A stretch of DNA of 64,000 nucleotides from Lingula anatina (GCA_051362555.1 CM120641.1:4588001-4652000), one strand, 5' to 3'; shown: positions 23,795-37,157, counted from the first letter of the stretch. Notes: generated from the letters alone by a model not told the origin. A program made the numbers and translations.

Positions 23795-26700
23795 ACATTT
23801 TAAATGTTTACCAGAGTTAATATAACAGTCCCGGTGTGGAGTTCACACCATTGCAACAAGGGAGGCATTGCTACCCATTACTTCAGGGTCATGATCTCAC
23901 CATTGGTGTGAAAATTCCACTTTTTAAGGTGCATCCATCCCATACTGACTGATTTAATTTGAGTGTCAAAGAAATAGCAGTTGTAGGTTAAGTTCGTATT
24001 TAGCTATTTTGTACCTAACAGGATACAGTATTCTCTCACGTTTTGACTTAATTTGTTAATCCATTAAGTACGCTCTCTACACGTAACCTATCGAACTGAG
24101 ATCTCGTGGTGAAAATTGGTATTCAGGTTTCAGACTAGTCCAACGTTTATTTCTGTAGCAGTAGTGTATTCTTGATTATACAAGGTCTAAACATCGATGA
24201 CACCACTTCAGTATGTGTAAAACTAAGTATTATCAAAGTGTAATGACAGTGCCTTTTCACAAAGTAACTGGACCAGACGTATTACATTAACATGTGCTGT
24301 AATTGAAAGGGATGACGAGAGAGAACATTTTTTTTTAACTCATATACCATTTCCAAACCAAGCTGTAGCATTCCGTATTTGCTCAAAGGTGTCCGAGAAA
24401 GTGCGACATCATTTAAATAACTGCATTTATGTTTGAGGTCAGTATTTACGACAGGAAGTATTTGTGTATTCATAAGCGAGTATCTGTCTCGTGAAATGAT
24501 ATTCATTTCACTTCATGGAATCTCATGCTTGAGACTTTTTTAAAGGGTTCATTATTTTTTTAAGTTGAATCTCCATTCCCTGCAGCTTGACTTTGCTAAT
24601 GACATTTTTGAAGCGAAATCCAGGAGTATATTTTAAATGTAACTTGTATACTTATGCTCAAAAACCGCTCTAGAATATATTCTAAAAAGATAAAACGAGA
24701 AAACAATTTTTAAAAAAAGATAATTTTACTTTTTGAAGTGGTTTGATTTGGTTCAATATCTTGTCCTTACCACTAGAGTATTATTTGTTCGGTTAAAGTT
24801 AGCGTTAGATGTTGATTAATAAAACGAAGTGTTAGATGATAATTGATAAAAAGATACAATCAAAAACCGTAGTGTATTCTGTTTCTTTTGGTTATTGACG
24901 TTATTGACGTTTTAACAATAAATATAATATATACAGATTTGATATTTGTTTCTTGTTTTTTATGTCAAGTAAAAGACAGGCTTTGTGAAGTCACTTTGCC
25001 AAGGTTGCAGGGCATATTAGTTTAAAGGCACTTGATAAAGGAATGAAATGAAAACTTAATTCGGTGTACCTTTGAAATAATGATAATGGAATCAAAATGA
25101 TCGCCTTTTGATTCTCGAGTCTAGTTGTATATGTAAAGATGCTTGCTTTCCGTTCAGGTTGCTGTATCTATGGTGATGTAATAAAACCTAGAAATAACTA
25201 TTTTGTTTAATGGAGTAATTACCAAATAATGATAACAGAGGGAAGTGGGGGGAGGGGGAGGCAATCGTCAATAGTCTGATTAAGCTTAATCGGGATAAGT
25301 TGGGAGTTTGGATGAAATGCAGGCACAGGTGTTAAATGATTTCTACTTGAACCGCTGTGTACGTTGCTGAATACTACGTAGTACTCGTGAATATAGACGA
25401 CATAATTGTCCTAAAACAGCTGCAAAACCAGGCATGAGTGGTACCATTATCCACGGTGTTGTATGCTTATAATTTATATGAAACCTCTTGGCTATGAGAG
25501 CTTGTGTGTGTAACCAAATACCTGTGACCGCACTTAGACAGACGGTGTTGCGACGGTCAGACTTGATATTAGATAAAAAGTCTCTGTATCATATTTTCCC
25601 TGATGTGTTTAACCGGTGCACCATGATAAGTCGTGAAGAAAACAATTGACATTCTGTTGTGGTAGTGCAGTAAATCTGAAGTGTCTGAGGTATGACTCGA
25701 TGCGGTTTTAACATTGTCATATTAATAGGTTAACTCACGCATCTAAATCTTTGGAATCGAAGCACCGTTTGTTGAACAGTAGTTTTCGAAAAAAGATATG
25801 CACTTTTGGAGGCGAATTAGAGGTACAGGGGAGTGAAAGGGGAAAGGAAATTAGATGATGTGCGGGATTTCTTTTTCTGATTGAGAAACAACAGTGCCAG
25901 TGTAAACATCTTCAAATAATCAACACAAAGTTAAATATTGGAAAGTGTTTTAACTACAGATAAAACAAATATCGGTACTGGCACTCAGTGCGTGCAAACA
26001 TCGACAAGGAAAATGGGATAAATCAGAAAAAATTATAATACCAAAAACAGTACATATTATACTTCAGCTAGTGGGACACATATTTACACAAATAATCGTA
26101 GCACCCTACAAGTTTCTGGAGATAGACATGGAAACACATTGCATTGCAAGTTTGAATATAGCCGTTGTAGACTATTGTGCCGGATGATTGCGCCAGAGTC
26201 ATTGTGGTAGAGGTTCCTTGACATTGGTTAAGATTCTGGGCACAAAAAGCTTATCACAATTACCGCATTTTGATCATGAAAACACTTCGTAAGCTGTGAT
26301 TTCCAGAGCTGATGTATGTAAGAATCAAATGCATTATGTGACACAGGCGTTGGGACAGGGTTCACTAAAGAACTTCAGGTCCAAAATTGCTCTTAACTTA
26401 AAGAGCAAACTGCTTTTCTCTACTTTAACACAAAGTAAAGTGGTAGTTGTTGAATTTAATGGAATATTACACCTGTTTCAGACTTGATTAAATGTCGATA
26501 TACTCCCTACCAGGGCCACAGATTGATTTTTTCACTAGATATTTACAGATATGCCACTGGTTACTTCATGGCACTTTTCTGCACGTGTTAGAGAAAAGCG
26601 TAACGTGATTGTGTTTGAACATCTTTATGTAATAATTAAATCCATATTTACGTTCACTATTGGAGTAAAAATAATTGATAAAGAGTATGAATTCCTGTAG

Positions 26701-28919
26701 TATAGTTAAAACGTAAGTAAAAATTAATAAAAATGGGAAGATTTAAGACCTACTTTTAAGTTATAAAAGCCTACGCAATCCCATGAAATCTCCTTTTAAG
26801 TACAAGCTTACTACAAAATGAATATATGTATACTTCAGGAATGTTTACTTAACTTTATTGTACATATCACGCTTTATTTTTTGACCTTATTAGTTGCTTT
26901 ATTTGCTTATTTTGCTATTTATCCATTTACCTAACTGAATATTTTGTGAATATTTTCAGATACTGGCAGCGCGTTCCTGTTGAAGAATGCACATATTTGG
27001 TCCACTGATTCCTTATTCATGCCAATGTTGTCTATGGTATTCTTGTAAGACAATTTTATATTTATATTGGCACGTATTTTGCGTTGGTTTTCAAATTCTG
27101 TTCCGATACCCATAAACTGAAAGCTTGTGATCTTGAAAATATTTAATTATTTTTTAGAATCTTACACAATTTATACAATTTTAACAGAAAATTACAAAAA
27201 TTCATCCTGAAAATTTCAAGATGTTTTAGCACAAAAGCAGAAAATAGAATTTGTCCCGTGTGTCGTCTGAACGCTGATTTACCAGCGGGTCTAATTTCTA
27301 GATTTAACGTGTTAAAACTCGATTCATTATAAATTTTGTTAGAAAAAAAAAAAAACTACCAGTAGCTGTCGGACCCCGAGATTGCTCGTATTTGGGCCAC
27401 TTGCTGAGCCTGCATGGTCCAGGGACGGATCCAGGATTATTTGAAGGGGATGGGGGAGAGTCCGAAACGACAGGCTTCTGATGCGAAGCCGACTATCGCC
27501 CCCTTGGTGTGGAGTTCGGGGCCTGCTGAAGGACCCCGAAATTTTTTGCGGGTTTTGGAGACCAAACAATACTCTTTTGTACGGTTTAGACTATAAATTA
27601 GTCAGTCAAATTTTTAATTTCAAGACGGAAATATTGTTGCGATATATATTTTTCAGAAACCGAATTGTGGAGGGGGGGGGGGGGGTGTCAGAACTTATAA
27701 GAGTTATTTTTCATTTTAGTGCAACAAGGGATTCGCTTACTTTACTAACGAAAACAGTGACCTCCATTTTCTTAAATATAACTGCCATGGGCTGATCAAG
27801 TCTGCCAACACTGAATAGATCGAATGTTGGTCACCAAACAAAACTTTGATCCAAGCATAGTTCTCTATCATTGATATAGAATTACCTAGCCATTGCCTTA
27901 TCTATACGACTTAATGAAGTTCAATAATCTGGCGTTATATCTGACACCTGTCAACATGTTGGGGTGTAAAGACTGCACTGGAGAGCAGAGAACGCATGGG
28001 GCTTGGGTGCAAAAGTCAGCTATCATGAACGTGGGCCTAACAGATGACTGTGGTGAACTGGAGGTTATCAGCTCGCCAGCCTACGTGTTTGGGCTGAGAT
28101 CGATGTGAGCTCTCTATACAACCGGATTAAATCGGTACACAAAAACGAGAGAAAAAAAGAAAAACTTGTTCTCGTTAGTCAAGATTGTTGCTCAGTGCTG
28201 AGTTTCAATGTGGCTAACACAGTAGGTTTTGAAGTCAGGTACCTTATCAAAGTTTTTGATAAATTCATACCCAAAGTTCCCTGAGTTGTTAAACCATAGA
28301 TCGCTAATATTCAGAGCAAGAGGACTAAAACTGTTCAACCCTTAGTTTCCATAATGCTTCCACCTCTGGGTTACTTGGTAATAAACTGTCCCTTATCACT
28401 GTCCAGACCAAACAACGTTCAGTATATACTATATAATTATGTAACACTCGGTGTATGGAATCCTATAAATCTTGTTACAGGTGGTTTGTAGGGGAGCCCA
28501 TAATGCCAATCCTGGATTTACATACGCTGAGGCTATAGCAGTCACGCCGCGTCATTGGTTGAAGTTTGACGGCTCATTCAAGTCTTTCTAATATCTTTAA
28601 AAATAATTGTTTAACAAAGATTATCATTTGCCCCAACCTCCATTCAGTTCACCTTTTTTCTTAATTGTAAAGTTGGGATGGGGTGAAGGTAATTAGGGCC
28701 TGCGCGTGCCTTTATTTATTTATTCAGGATGAAGTTGTGTCTGAGTTTCTTCGATCTCAATAAATGGAGAAATGATTTCATTTTTCAGTCGAAATTGCAT
28801 TTTAAAATCTGCAAGGTCTTATCAGTAAGCTATTTCATGCGCTTGTTTTCTAAGCCACTCTGGCACTCTGGCGATGCGGTGCCTTCTATTTGCTCAACGC
28901 CCCACATACCTGACCTAAT

Positions 28920-29033
28920 TTGAACGCTCGATGACGCGCCGCCGCATGCACCCGTCGCCATTTTCATTGTACAATTAAAGCAGTGGCCAGACCAGAGGGA
29001 ATTTTTTCATGTCATTGTTTCCTAGAAAGGAAG
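28920..29033 (+). promoter_or_regulatory. Putative promoter and first non-coding exon of innexin 4
   Basis: A GC-rich patch carries TGACG and a YY1-like CGCCATTTT (28956-28964), followed by the donor ggaag|gtcagt at 29034. The next innexin acceptor is at 33808. Confidence 0.4.
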
Positions 29034-30629
29034 GTCAGTATATGACACTTGATACATGTTATTATTGTGTTTTTGTGTGTTTATGGTTGTTGACATTTAT
29101 GAACACTTTTTTTTACTATGTTTCGATAGCACCTAATGAATAATTAACATGTATCGAAATGATGACTGAAGGTGCAGGTTGGTTAATGAGTTATCAAAGA
29201 GTTAAACGATGTGTTGTTTGATATTTAAAACTGAAATATAAGTTTGCAATGTGTAGAAGACTTGAGTAAAAGTATTTGTATATGATGACCAACGGCAAAA
29301 TAATTAGGTTTGAAAACGTATTGGTTTCGAAGCAGTTATCCAGAAAAGTTTTGTTCCCTTAAAAAATTCCCGATTATAAATGTGTTCATCCTTATTCATT
29401 TATTTTTTATATGTTAAACTATTGGATCTGTTTGTTTAGGGCATAGTAAATTGTCAACAAACACTTTTACAAACACTTTTACTTAATATAATAATATTTA
29501 TAATATTCATAATATTTGGTATCGTAAAATAAATTCGAGTGACAAAAGATATAATGAAAGTCTTTAACCAAACCTTTGAATCCTAAATTTTGCTTCTTTC
29601 TACATAATTTTCAATTTTTTCCTTGATAATCCTTTTTTCATCCATAAATAATAAAAGAAAATGGTTTTTGAACTTGATAAGCATTATTTTTATATATTAG
29701 TAAAGAGTTGGATAAGTGTGGATTCTTATCTTGGATCCGAGATTGGGTCATACAGCGTAAGCTCGTGTTTTAAATATAAAATTATATGGAAGTTTCTATT
29801 TTTCCAATCAATATCAGCATTAGCAATAGATCTAAAATCAGTTCACAGTTTAAGGCGTATCTATGAGAATTTGATCTGCCTTCTGAATGGCAAGATTAAT
29901 GATAATGTTTCACTGCATACAGCTTTATCTCCAGTGATGTAACCGTTAACTCCTGCAGGTGCTCGTGTTGCGACGCACATAGGCCTACCTAGATTAAGAG
30001 CTTCAAATTAAGCAAAGTGGAAAGTTCTGATATTCTATTTAAAACCGGTTGATATATTCTGCGTGTTTGTCACATCAATTATATATGTCTCTTAATTGGA
30101 CATTTTAATATTTTTCTTCATGTTGTCAATTGATTTTTTTTTTTTGAAATACTGGAACAATGCACTTGTTTTAAAAGGACCGATATGCGCTTATTGTTGC
30201 GTAAACTAAGTTGATATTGATGGCGTTTTTATTGCAAATCTTCAGAATTTCATCGATTTCGCCACGGTATACAAAACCGAATTTTTGGTTTATTTGATTT
30301 TGGCCGACCAAATACAGTGCAACCTCCGCCTCTTTCATATCACTTATTTCGATGTTGTTCTTTACAATAGTTCATATTTTAAATATTTTCAACAAAATAT
30401 TTTGGTCATGTTATTTTCAAAAATCACTTGAATTTTTACTTTTGATGACACACATAAGTCCCAGTTTTTCCTTTTTTTACGTAAATGCAGAATTACATAG
30501 AAATTGTTTCCCAAAATAAGAAACAGCATTTAAAAAAATGGTCTTAATTCGGAATCAGATCGTTGCTGTCTATTTCGATTTAAAGAAATACATTGATACC
30601 GAAAAAACATAAATTCTGGCAAAAATGTA

Positions 30630-31247
30630 CAGGGTGGCCCATAAAAACCACCTATTTTACTTTCCATCTCAATTCTGATATAATTAAGATATTTCCAACT
30701 TCCTTTTACCAAATCTTTCCATAAAGATGACTATTTTATCCTTGCAAATTTTGCAGAAATTGAGAACCTTTAAGGTAGCCAAATTTCATTTGTCCTCATC
30801 TCACCTCGCCAGGACTTTCCTTGGCCACCTTTCTCCCCAGTTCTAATTTTTTTTCTCTTGGGAGTACCTTCAGGAAAGAACCTGTGGTAACAAACTCTAG
30901 ACCCTTTGAAGACCAATATACGAAGAGAAGCAAGGAACAGTTATTGCAAGAGTTATTGCCAAATTCAGTGTTCGTGTGGCCGCCGTTATTTAGCAGTGTG
31001 GAGCGTGGATAGAGCACATTATCAATTATTGAAATTTGGCGACCTTTGGGGTTTCCAATCACTGCAAAATTTTTCAAGGATAAAATGGCCAATGTTAAGA
31101 AACAATTTGGTGAAAGAAAGTTATAAATATATTAATTACAAATTAATATAATTATAATTAATTTGTAATAAATATTTTTATATTAATTACAAATTGATCA
31201 AAATTGAGATGGAAAGTAAAATAGGTCGTTTTTTATGGACCATCCTG
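30630..31247. mobile_element. Tc1/mariner-type MITE with long imperfect TIRs and TA TSD
   Basis: TA|cagggtggcccataaaaaccacctattttactttccatctcaatt ... aattgagatggaaagtaaaataggtcgttttttatggaccatcctg|TA. Inverted similarity extends about 160 bp inward. Confidence 0.85.
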
Positions 31248-31913
31248 TATGTTATATGTATGATTTAGCATATGCACTTTTTTAATTTAACGAACGCATT
31301 CTGTATCCATGCCGCACATACGTGTACTCATTGTTAAAACTGTTGAGGGGAATGCCTTGACAAGTTAAAAAAAAACACAATTATCAGAAAATTTAAAATA
31401 CGATTATGCATTTATAAGTGGTTGTTTTTAAAATAATTTTTCAAATGCCAGTTTGTATAGAAAATAACCCATTTAAATACGACTGTCGCAATCAGCTTTA
31501 CATATATGTAGGTGTTTTCGGATAGCATTCAATGAAATGAAATGAAATGTTACAATGCAACGATATAGAACATGTTTAAAGCTTATTGAGTAGGCAAAGT
31601 ATGATCATACTTTAAATAGTTGAAATGAGATATTATAAAAATCTTAGAATTTCTTTATAATTTCCTTTAAAACACAGTGTCAAATTAACAATAATGAATA
31701 TTATTCATTATTTTTCTCTCAAAAGTAAAACAAAATGATACATGGGTCGGACATATTGAAATCACAAGTACATGTATAACAAGGCACATGATTTCACAGG
31801 ATAGTGACAGAAGCGTATAAAAGTCTATATTCTAATCAATGCAATTCCTCAAAACTAAACATGGTAAGCTTGTCTTTGATTTCACAAGCGAATCATGTTT
31901 TCATTTTCCAATC

Positions 31914-32190
31914 ACAGGCCTACCCAACTACCAGACTCGGCACATAAGGATCCTGAATTAACCGGTACATCGGACCACACTACCCGTTTTCAAGGTGTGT
32001 GTCAGATCGCATTGCGGGGTATCAGTCAGAACACCGACAGGATGAGACCGCGGTCGTCCTACAAATTTGTTCTGGGGTATGACACTCCGAAATGCGATCT
32101 GACACACACCTTGAAAACGGGTAGTGTGGTCCGATGTACCGGTTAATTCAGGATCCTTATGTGCCGAGTCTGGTATTTGGGTAGGCCTGT
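31914..32190. mobile_element. Foldback / long palindromic element with arms of about 100 bp
   Basis: acaggcctacccaactaccagactcggcacataaggatcc...cagatcgcatt (31914-32013) is the reverse complement of 32091-32190 with one mismatch. No clear TSD. Confidence 0.88.
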
Positions 32191-33809
32191 TCAGAAACCT
32201 GTAAAACAACCCCTGACCATTCAATTGATCACATTTATATGTGAGACATTCAGATTTTTTTTGGGCAATAACTTTTGAAAAAAAAATCAAATCAAAGAAG
32301 CTACGCCGAACGTCTTTTTTTTAAACGTCGTACAGGAACGCAGGGGCAAGACTTACGTCAAAGCATCATTTAATCACAATTTATTGATACTTGAAACAAC
32401 CAGAGAGTTGGCCTACGTGCGGAGTGTCGCCAAATCTCATAAAAAGATTAAATGATCGACCTTACCGGACGGTCGGTAAACATTTCATTAATACATCATT
32501 TGATTCAGCTGGTTCGATAAAGACGACGCTTGTTATAAATTATCTGCAGTGTTTCCCTCATGCAAACAAACAACTGCGCATAATCACGTCTCTACGGTGA
32601 CTATATCTCCAACGTGATCCCCAGTGAACCTCAGGTTATCAGTCGTCCGGATACAGGTATAAACTGGGGGACTTGCGAAGGGTCGGTGCTTGATTTAACA
32701 ATTCTATCACACTCTGAGTCTATTTAATTATGCGCCGTGCCTTCGTCCCAAATAATAACTTCGTCCTGAATAATCCTTTCCAAGTGTTGTTTTGAAGTAA
32801 AAACACAGCAAATGAAAATAAAAAAGGATTGCTAAAAGTTGGCCCTTTCCATGACTTTTTATGACCAAAGTTGGTTAAATATTTTGGCTGTTTTACTTTC
32901 TAAAAATTCAGATAGGTGAGCACTGATTTTTAACGTCTGGGTAATTACTGGTAATTATTGGTTTGAATAAACATGTTTTATCAATTTTTTTATGTTATTA
33001 TGTAATATTTGTCGTATCTGTAATACTACAAATTCCGAATTCAGCTTCTAAAGTCTACTTTAAGCTAAAAATATCAAAACAAATATGATCGCTATTAATG
33101 ACCTAACCTCCGTTACGAAATTACTCATTTTTCATTTGAACACTGGATATGTGTGTGCTCATTGATCAATGCTCATATCATAATAGATTGAGATCACTTT
33201 GTTCATAAACAAATAGTATGATAAAAAAGCGTCTGTCCCCAATGATTAATAAAATATTTAAATTGGAATATCTCAGGCTTTGTATTTATAGAAAACGAGC
33301 GACTTGTTACCAATATGTTTGCACCGCATTTCCTATAATTGGGCAATAATGGGCAATAATATTTTGAATACATTCAAAATCTTAATAATTGAATCAAATA
33401 TGGAGCCTGTGACCTTTGGCATGATTGAAATATAACCTAATTTAGATGTTACCTAACCTCCGTAACGAAAAAATACAGTACCATGTTTACACGTGCATAT
33501 TTCTTTAAATACAGTAATGGTGTGGGTTAAAATTCTTTTACTACTCTCTGAATATCTCTTCATCAAAATAATATAAAAAGTTTCCCGGTTTTGCAAAGTT
33601 CATATCACTGCATTTCTTGTTTTGGAATTGTACCCCTTTTCGTGGAATGGCCGTAATTTGTATGTATAATTTAAATGGACATTATGTTATTGTTAAATAT
33701 TACCCACCCTAAATAGAAATAAGAAACTCTGCATATAGGGGCAATGCTCTTATATCATTAATACATAAATTAATACAACTCATAATTGTCTTTTTATTTG
33801 ATTTTAAGG

Positions 33810-36800
33810 ATGCTGAACCTAGTAGACATCCTCAGCGGAGCCAATGGCTTTTGGAAAGGGCTCCGCAGTGATGATGACTTCTACGACCGCCTTAGCCACC
33901 GTTACACTGCCCTGATATTCATGGTCTTTGCCGTCCTTCTCAGCACCAAACAGTACGTCGGAGACGCCATTGTCTGCTGGGTGCCTGGCCATTTCTCTGG
34001 CTCTTACACGAAATACGCAGATAATTACTGTTGGATCAAAAACACGTACTATATGCCTTTCCAGGAACGGATTCCAGACCCAGACCTCCCGCGTGCCCAT
34101 ATTAACTACTACCAGTGGGTAACGATTGTACTGCTGCTCCAGTCACTTTTGTTTTACGTTCCAACGATATTTTGGCGTCTCATGAGCGGCAGTACTGGCA
34201 TTGATGCCCATTTAATGGTCCAGTCTCTAAACACACAAGCCAATCTTAACCCAGAGAATCGAAAAGGGGTCATGAAGTTCCTTGTCCGTCACATGGAAAG
34301 ATACTGTAATTCAAGTCGCGACTATCAGAAAGGTGTATGGTCCAATGTCCGCCAAGGCTGCGCAAAGTACTGTCTGGCCATCGGTAAACGTTAAGGCTGG
34401 GTCACACTGCGCTTGCAACCTTTTGGCAACCTCTTTGCAACCTCAGTCGCAAGGAGGTTGTCATAGGTTTTAAAGTGGTCGCATAAGGTTGCTAACAGGT
34501 CGCCTGCGATCGTTGACACATGAAGGCTATTTTTTGTGCACCGACAACCAGTGCGACTAAAGATGAAAATTATCGGTATCCTAAAGGTTGCCTATCGGTC
34601 TCTTCTTGGTTGTCAGTAGGTTGCTATAACCAGCAGCATACCATTTGCAACTGCATGGTCGATTGACCGTATTTAGTCGACTGGTCGCTTACAAGTTTTT
34701 TACCAGTCGCAAGTAGTCGGCAGCAGGTCGCTAGAAGGTTGCAGTTGTAACTGCATGGTCGATTGACGGTCTTTAGTATCTTGGTCGCTAACAGGTTTTT
34801 TACCGATCGTAGGCGTTCGAAAATATGTCGCAGGAAGGTTGCAAGCGACTGCAAAAATATAGGCGTTGGATGGTTGTCTATTTGGGCAAAGATTTTTTTA
34901 TAATTTGTTATGTAAGCCTTCTAAATATCAAGGTCATAAATTATAATATTTTAGAAAAAGAAAACATAAATTGCATTTGTTGGCAATATTTTATACCAAT
35001 TGCCAAGGCTTTCATATACCAGGTATTTCACACTTACGAAACCAAAAAAAAATGTGATGATAAAAGCAATGTACGATTTTTTGACGTTTATTTATTTTAT
35101 CATTTTACGAAAATCATAGGTAAAATGCCGAAAATTATATATCGCTGTATGTTATTTAAAATTTGCAAAGACATATTATCAGAGTTAATAATGAAACAAA
35201 TACACGAATGCAGAGAAAACGGAAAATAAAAGCATTTTAATCAGCAAGGTATAACTGCTATTTAATATCATAATTTCAACAATCAAAATTATCCACAAAT
35301 AAATGAACAAACCGTAAAATGTGTCCAATAGTTTTAAATAAAAATAGTTTCAACACAAACAATTTAACATCTTCCCAGTGCTTGGTATCCTCACTACAAG
35401 GATGAGAGTGTAAAAAGTCCACGATGCGCATGACTTGTCACGATTTAATTACGTTGTATTGTAAGTGGCAAACGCCTAGGGTTAAAAAGACAAAGGGAAA
35501 ACCACACATTCGGTTGCAAATCAGTTGCAAAGCAGTCGGCGACCTGTTGGCAACCGGTTGGACACCACAAGTAGGTTTTTCGGTCGCAAGGAGGTTATCG
35601 GTGCTGCACCGAAAACCGGCGCAACCGGATATTAACCCAGCGTTCATTTGGAAACCACTTTGCGAGTTGTTGCAACCGGTCGCCGACCTTTTTGCAACCG
35701 GTGACAGTTGCAGGTCGCAAAGAGGTTTTTTCTTCAGTGTGACCGTAACTGCACAGGCCTTGCGACCTCAAAGAGACCAAATATTTTACCAAGAAAATAT
35801 TAAAGAGTATTATGAGATTAATAAGGCTTTAAACGTATGCAAGTTTATGTTTTTATTACAGCACTGGTTTCGTTAGGTGAGGGTGTAGTATTTTCAAAAG
35901 TTCACTGAACATTGTTGGTTCTATTTTGAGGAAGGAAATGAAAACTTCCTGATTTTCAAGTCGATGATCTTTCATCAAATGTTTGTAATCGCCTTACAAG
36001 GGGCGTCTTGTAAGCGTCCATTATTTTCGACTTTTTTACTCGTTTTACTTCTTAGGACGGTAAACAAAGTCAATGATTATATAGCAGTCCCGTCTTTTTG
36101 AAAAGGAGTCGTTTTACTAGAACATTTTTGTGAGAGGGGAATTTATGTGAAAGCAGCTACTGTCACAAGTTGGCAACATATATATTCTGTGCGACCTTGC
36201 TGCTACCAGTTGACAAGCGATTGCTACAGTCCTGCAACCGGTTTTCGGTCACCAAGTGTTTGCAGACAGGTTGTGTATCGATCGGCAAACAGTGTGCGAC
36301 TAGTTACCTATAACTTGAAGATGGTCTATAAGAGGTTGCAGATACCATATTGCAACCTTGTTGCAACCGGTTTGCGACTGCTTGCCGATCAAAATTGGCC
36401 ACAGCTTCTTAATTAGGTCGCAAAGTGATCGCAAGCGACCGCCAGATTTTGTGGTTGCAAAGAGGTTGCCAAAAGGTTGCAAGCGCAGTGTGACCCAGCC
36501 TTTACGGCAACTACTTGATAACTCTTTTCCTATTCTGCAAGTTCTTGTACGTGACCAACGCCATCCTGCAGTTGTTCCTTTTAAATGCTTTCCTTGGAAC
36601 CGCGTATCACGTGTACGGGTTTGACGTCATCTATGACCTCATCAACAACCATGACTGGACCTCTAGCGGGCGTTTCCCCCGCGTCACACTGTGTGATTTC
36701 AAAATTCGACAGCTTGGTGGAAATATTCACCGACACACCGTCCAGTGTGTGTTGCCCATCAATTTGTTCAACGAGAAAGTATACATCTTCATATGGTTTT

Positions 36801-37114
36801 GGTTGGTGTTTGTCTCAGCGGCCACAGTTTTTGGGTTCTTAACCTGGATGAGCATGCTTTTTAAGAATGAACAAAAGCACTTTATCCGCAAAAATCTTAA
36901 ACTGATGGACAGACTGAAGGACGGTGACCATAAAGAAACTTTGAAGAGATTTATTTACGACTATCTCCGCAAAGATGGAATTTTCGTGTTGAAGCTAATT
37001 GGACGAAATTGCAATGACGTAATCGTTGCTGAAATGATAGCGACACTTTGGGACCATTTCAAGGCCAAAGTAGAGGGCCCCTTGAATGAAGATGAGAGAG
37101 AGGAGAAAGTGTGA
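33810..37114 (+). pseudogene. inx: Innexin 4, disrupted by a transposon insertion (5' half 33810-34393, 3' half 36505-37114; reconstituted ORF 397 aa)
   Basis: The 5' half reads MLNLVDIL..YYQWVT..CLAIGKR and stops at a TAA created by the insertion. The 3' half reads YGNYLITLFLFCK..GRFPRVTLCDF..EEKV*. Removing the element plus one TTA gives cgt tac ggc aac (RYGN), matching the paralogs. Acceptor attttaag|gATG. Confidence 0.93.
34394..36501. mobile_element. Non-autonomous PIF/Harbinger-like DNA transposon (2108 bp), perfect 49-bp TIRs, TTA TSD
   Basis: TIR aggctgggtcacactgcgcttgcaaccttttggcaacctctttgcaacc (34394-34442) has its exact reverse complement at 36453-36501. TTA flanks it at 34391-34393 and 36502-36504. 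GGTTGC/GCAACC/GTCGC subterminal repeats are dense, and no transposase ORF is present. Confidence 0.93.
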
Positions 37115-37154
37115 TTGGACTTTGCCAGTGTTTACAAGCATTTATCTACTTGAT

Positions 37155-37157
<3 letters not shown>

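Noticed and set aside
31895-32290. Two opposite-strand ORFs sharing an identical peptide
   Set aside because: This is an artefact of the DNA palindrome.
32840-33655. Possible decayed DNA transposon (weak ggcc.ttcca ends, repeated acctaacctccgt.acgaaa)
   Set aside because: The termini are too degenerate to define and there is no TSD.
33786-33809. ORF-track N-terminal extensions of innexin 4 (33786) and innexin 6 (42131)
   Set aside because: They lie in the polypyrimidine tract and acceptor of the upstream intron. Paralog alignment supports starts at 33810 and 42152.
34391-36504. Insertion interpreted as piggyBac/Kolobok (TTAA) or as an ordinary intron
   Set aside because: The right flank is TTTA, not TTAA, and a 3-bp TTA TSD restores the frame exactly. 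The ends are not GT-AG, and the nearest splice sites give frameshifts or a stop.
34624-36624. Short ORFs inside the transposon as a transposase
   Set aside because: They are low-complexity translations of the GCAACC/GGTTGC repeats with no DDE or Myb motifs.
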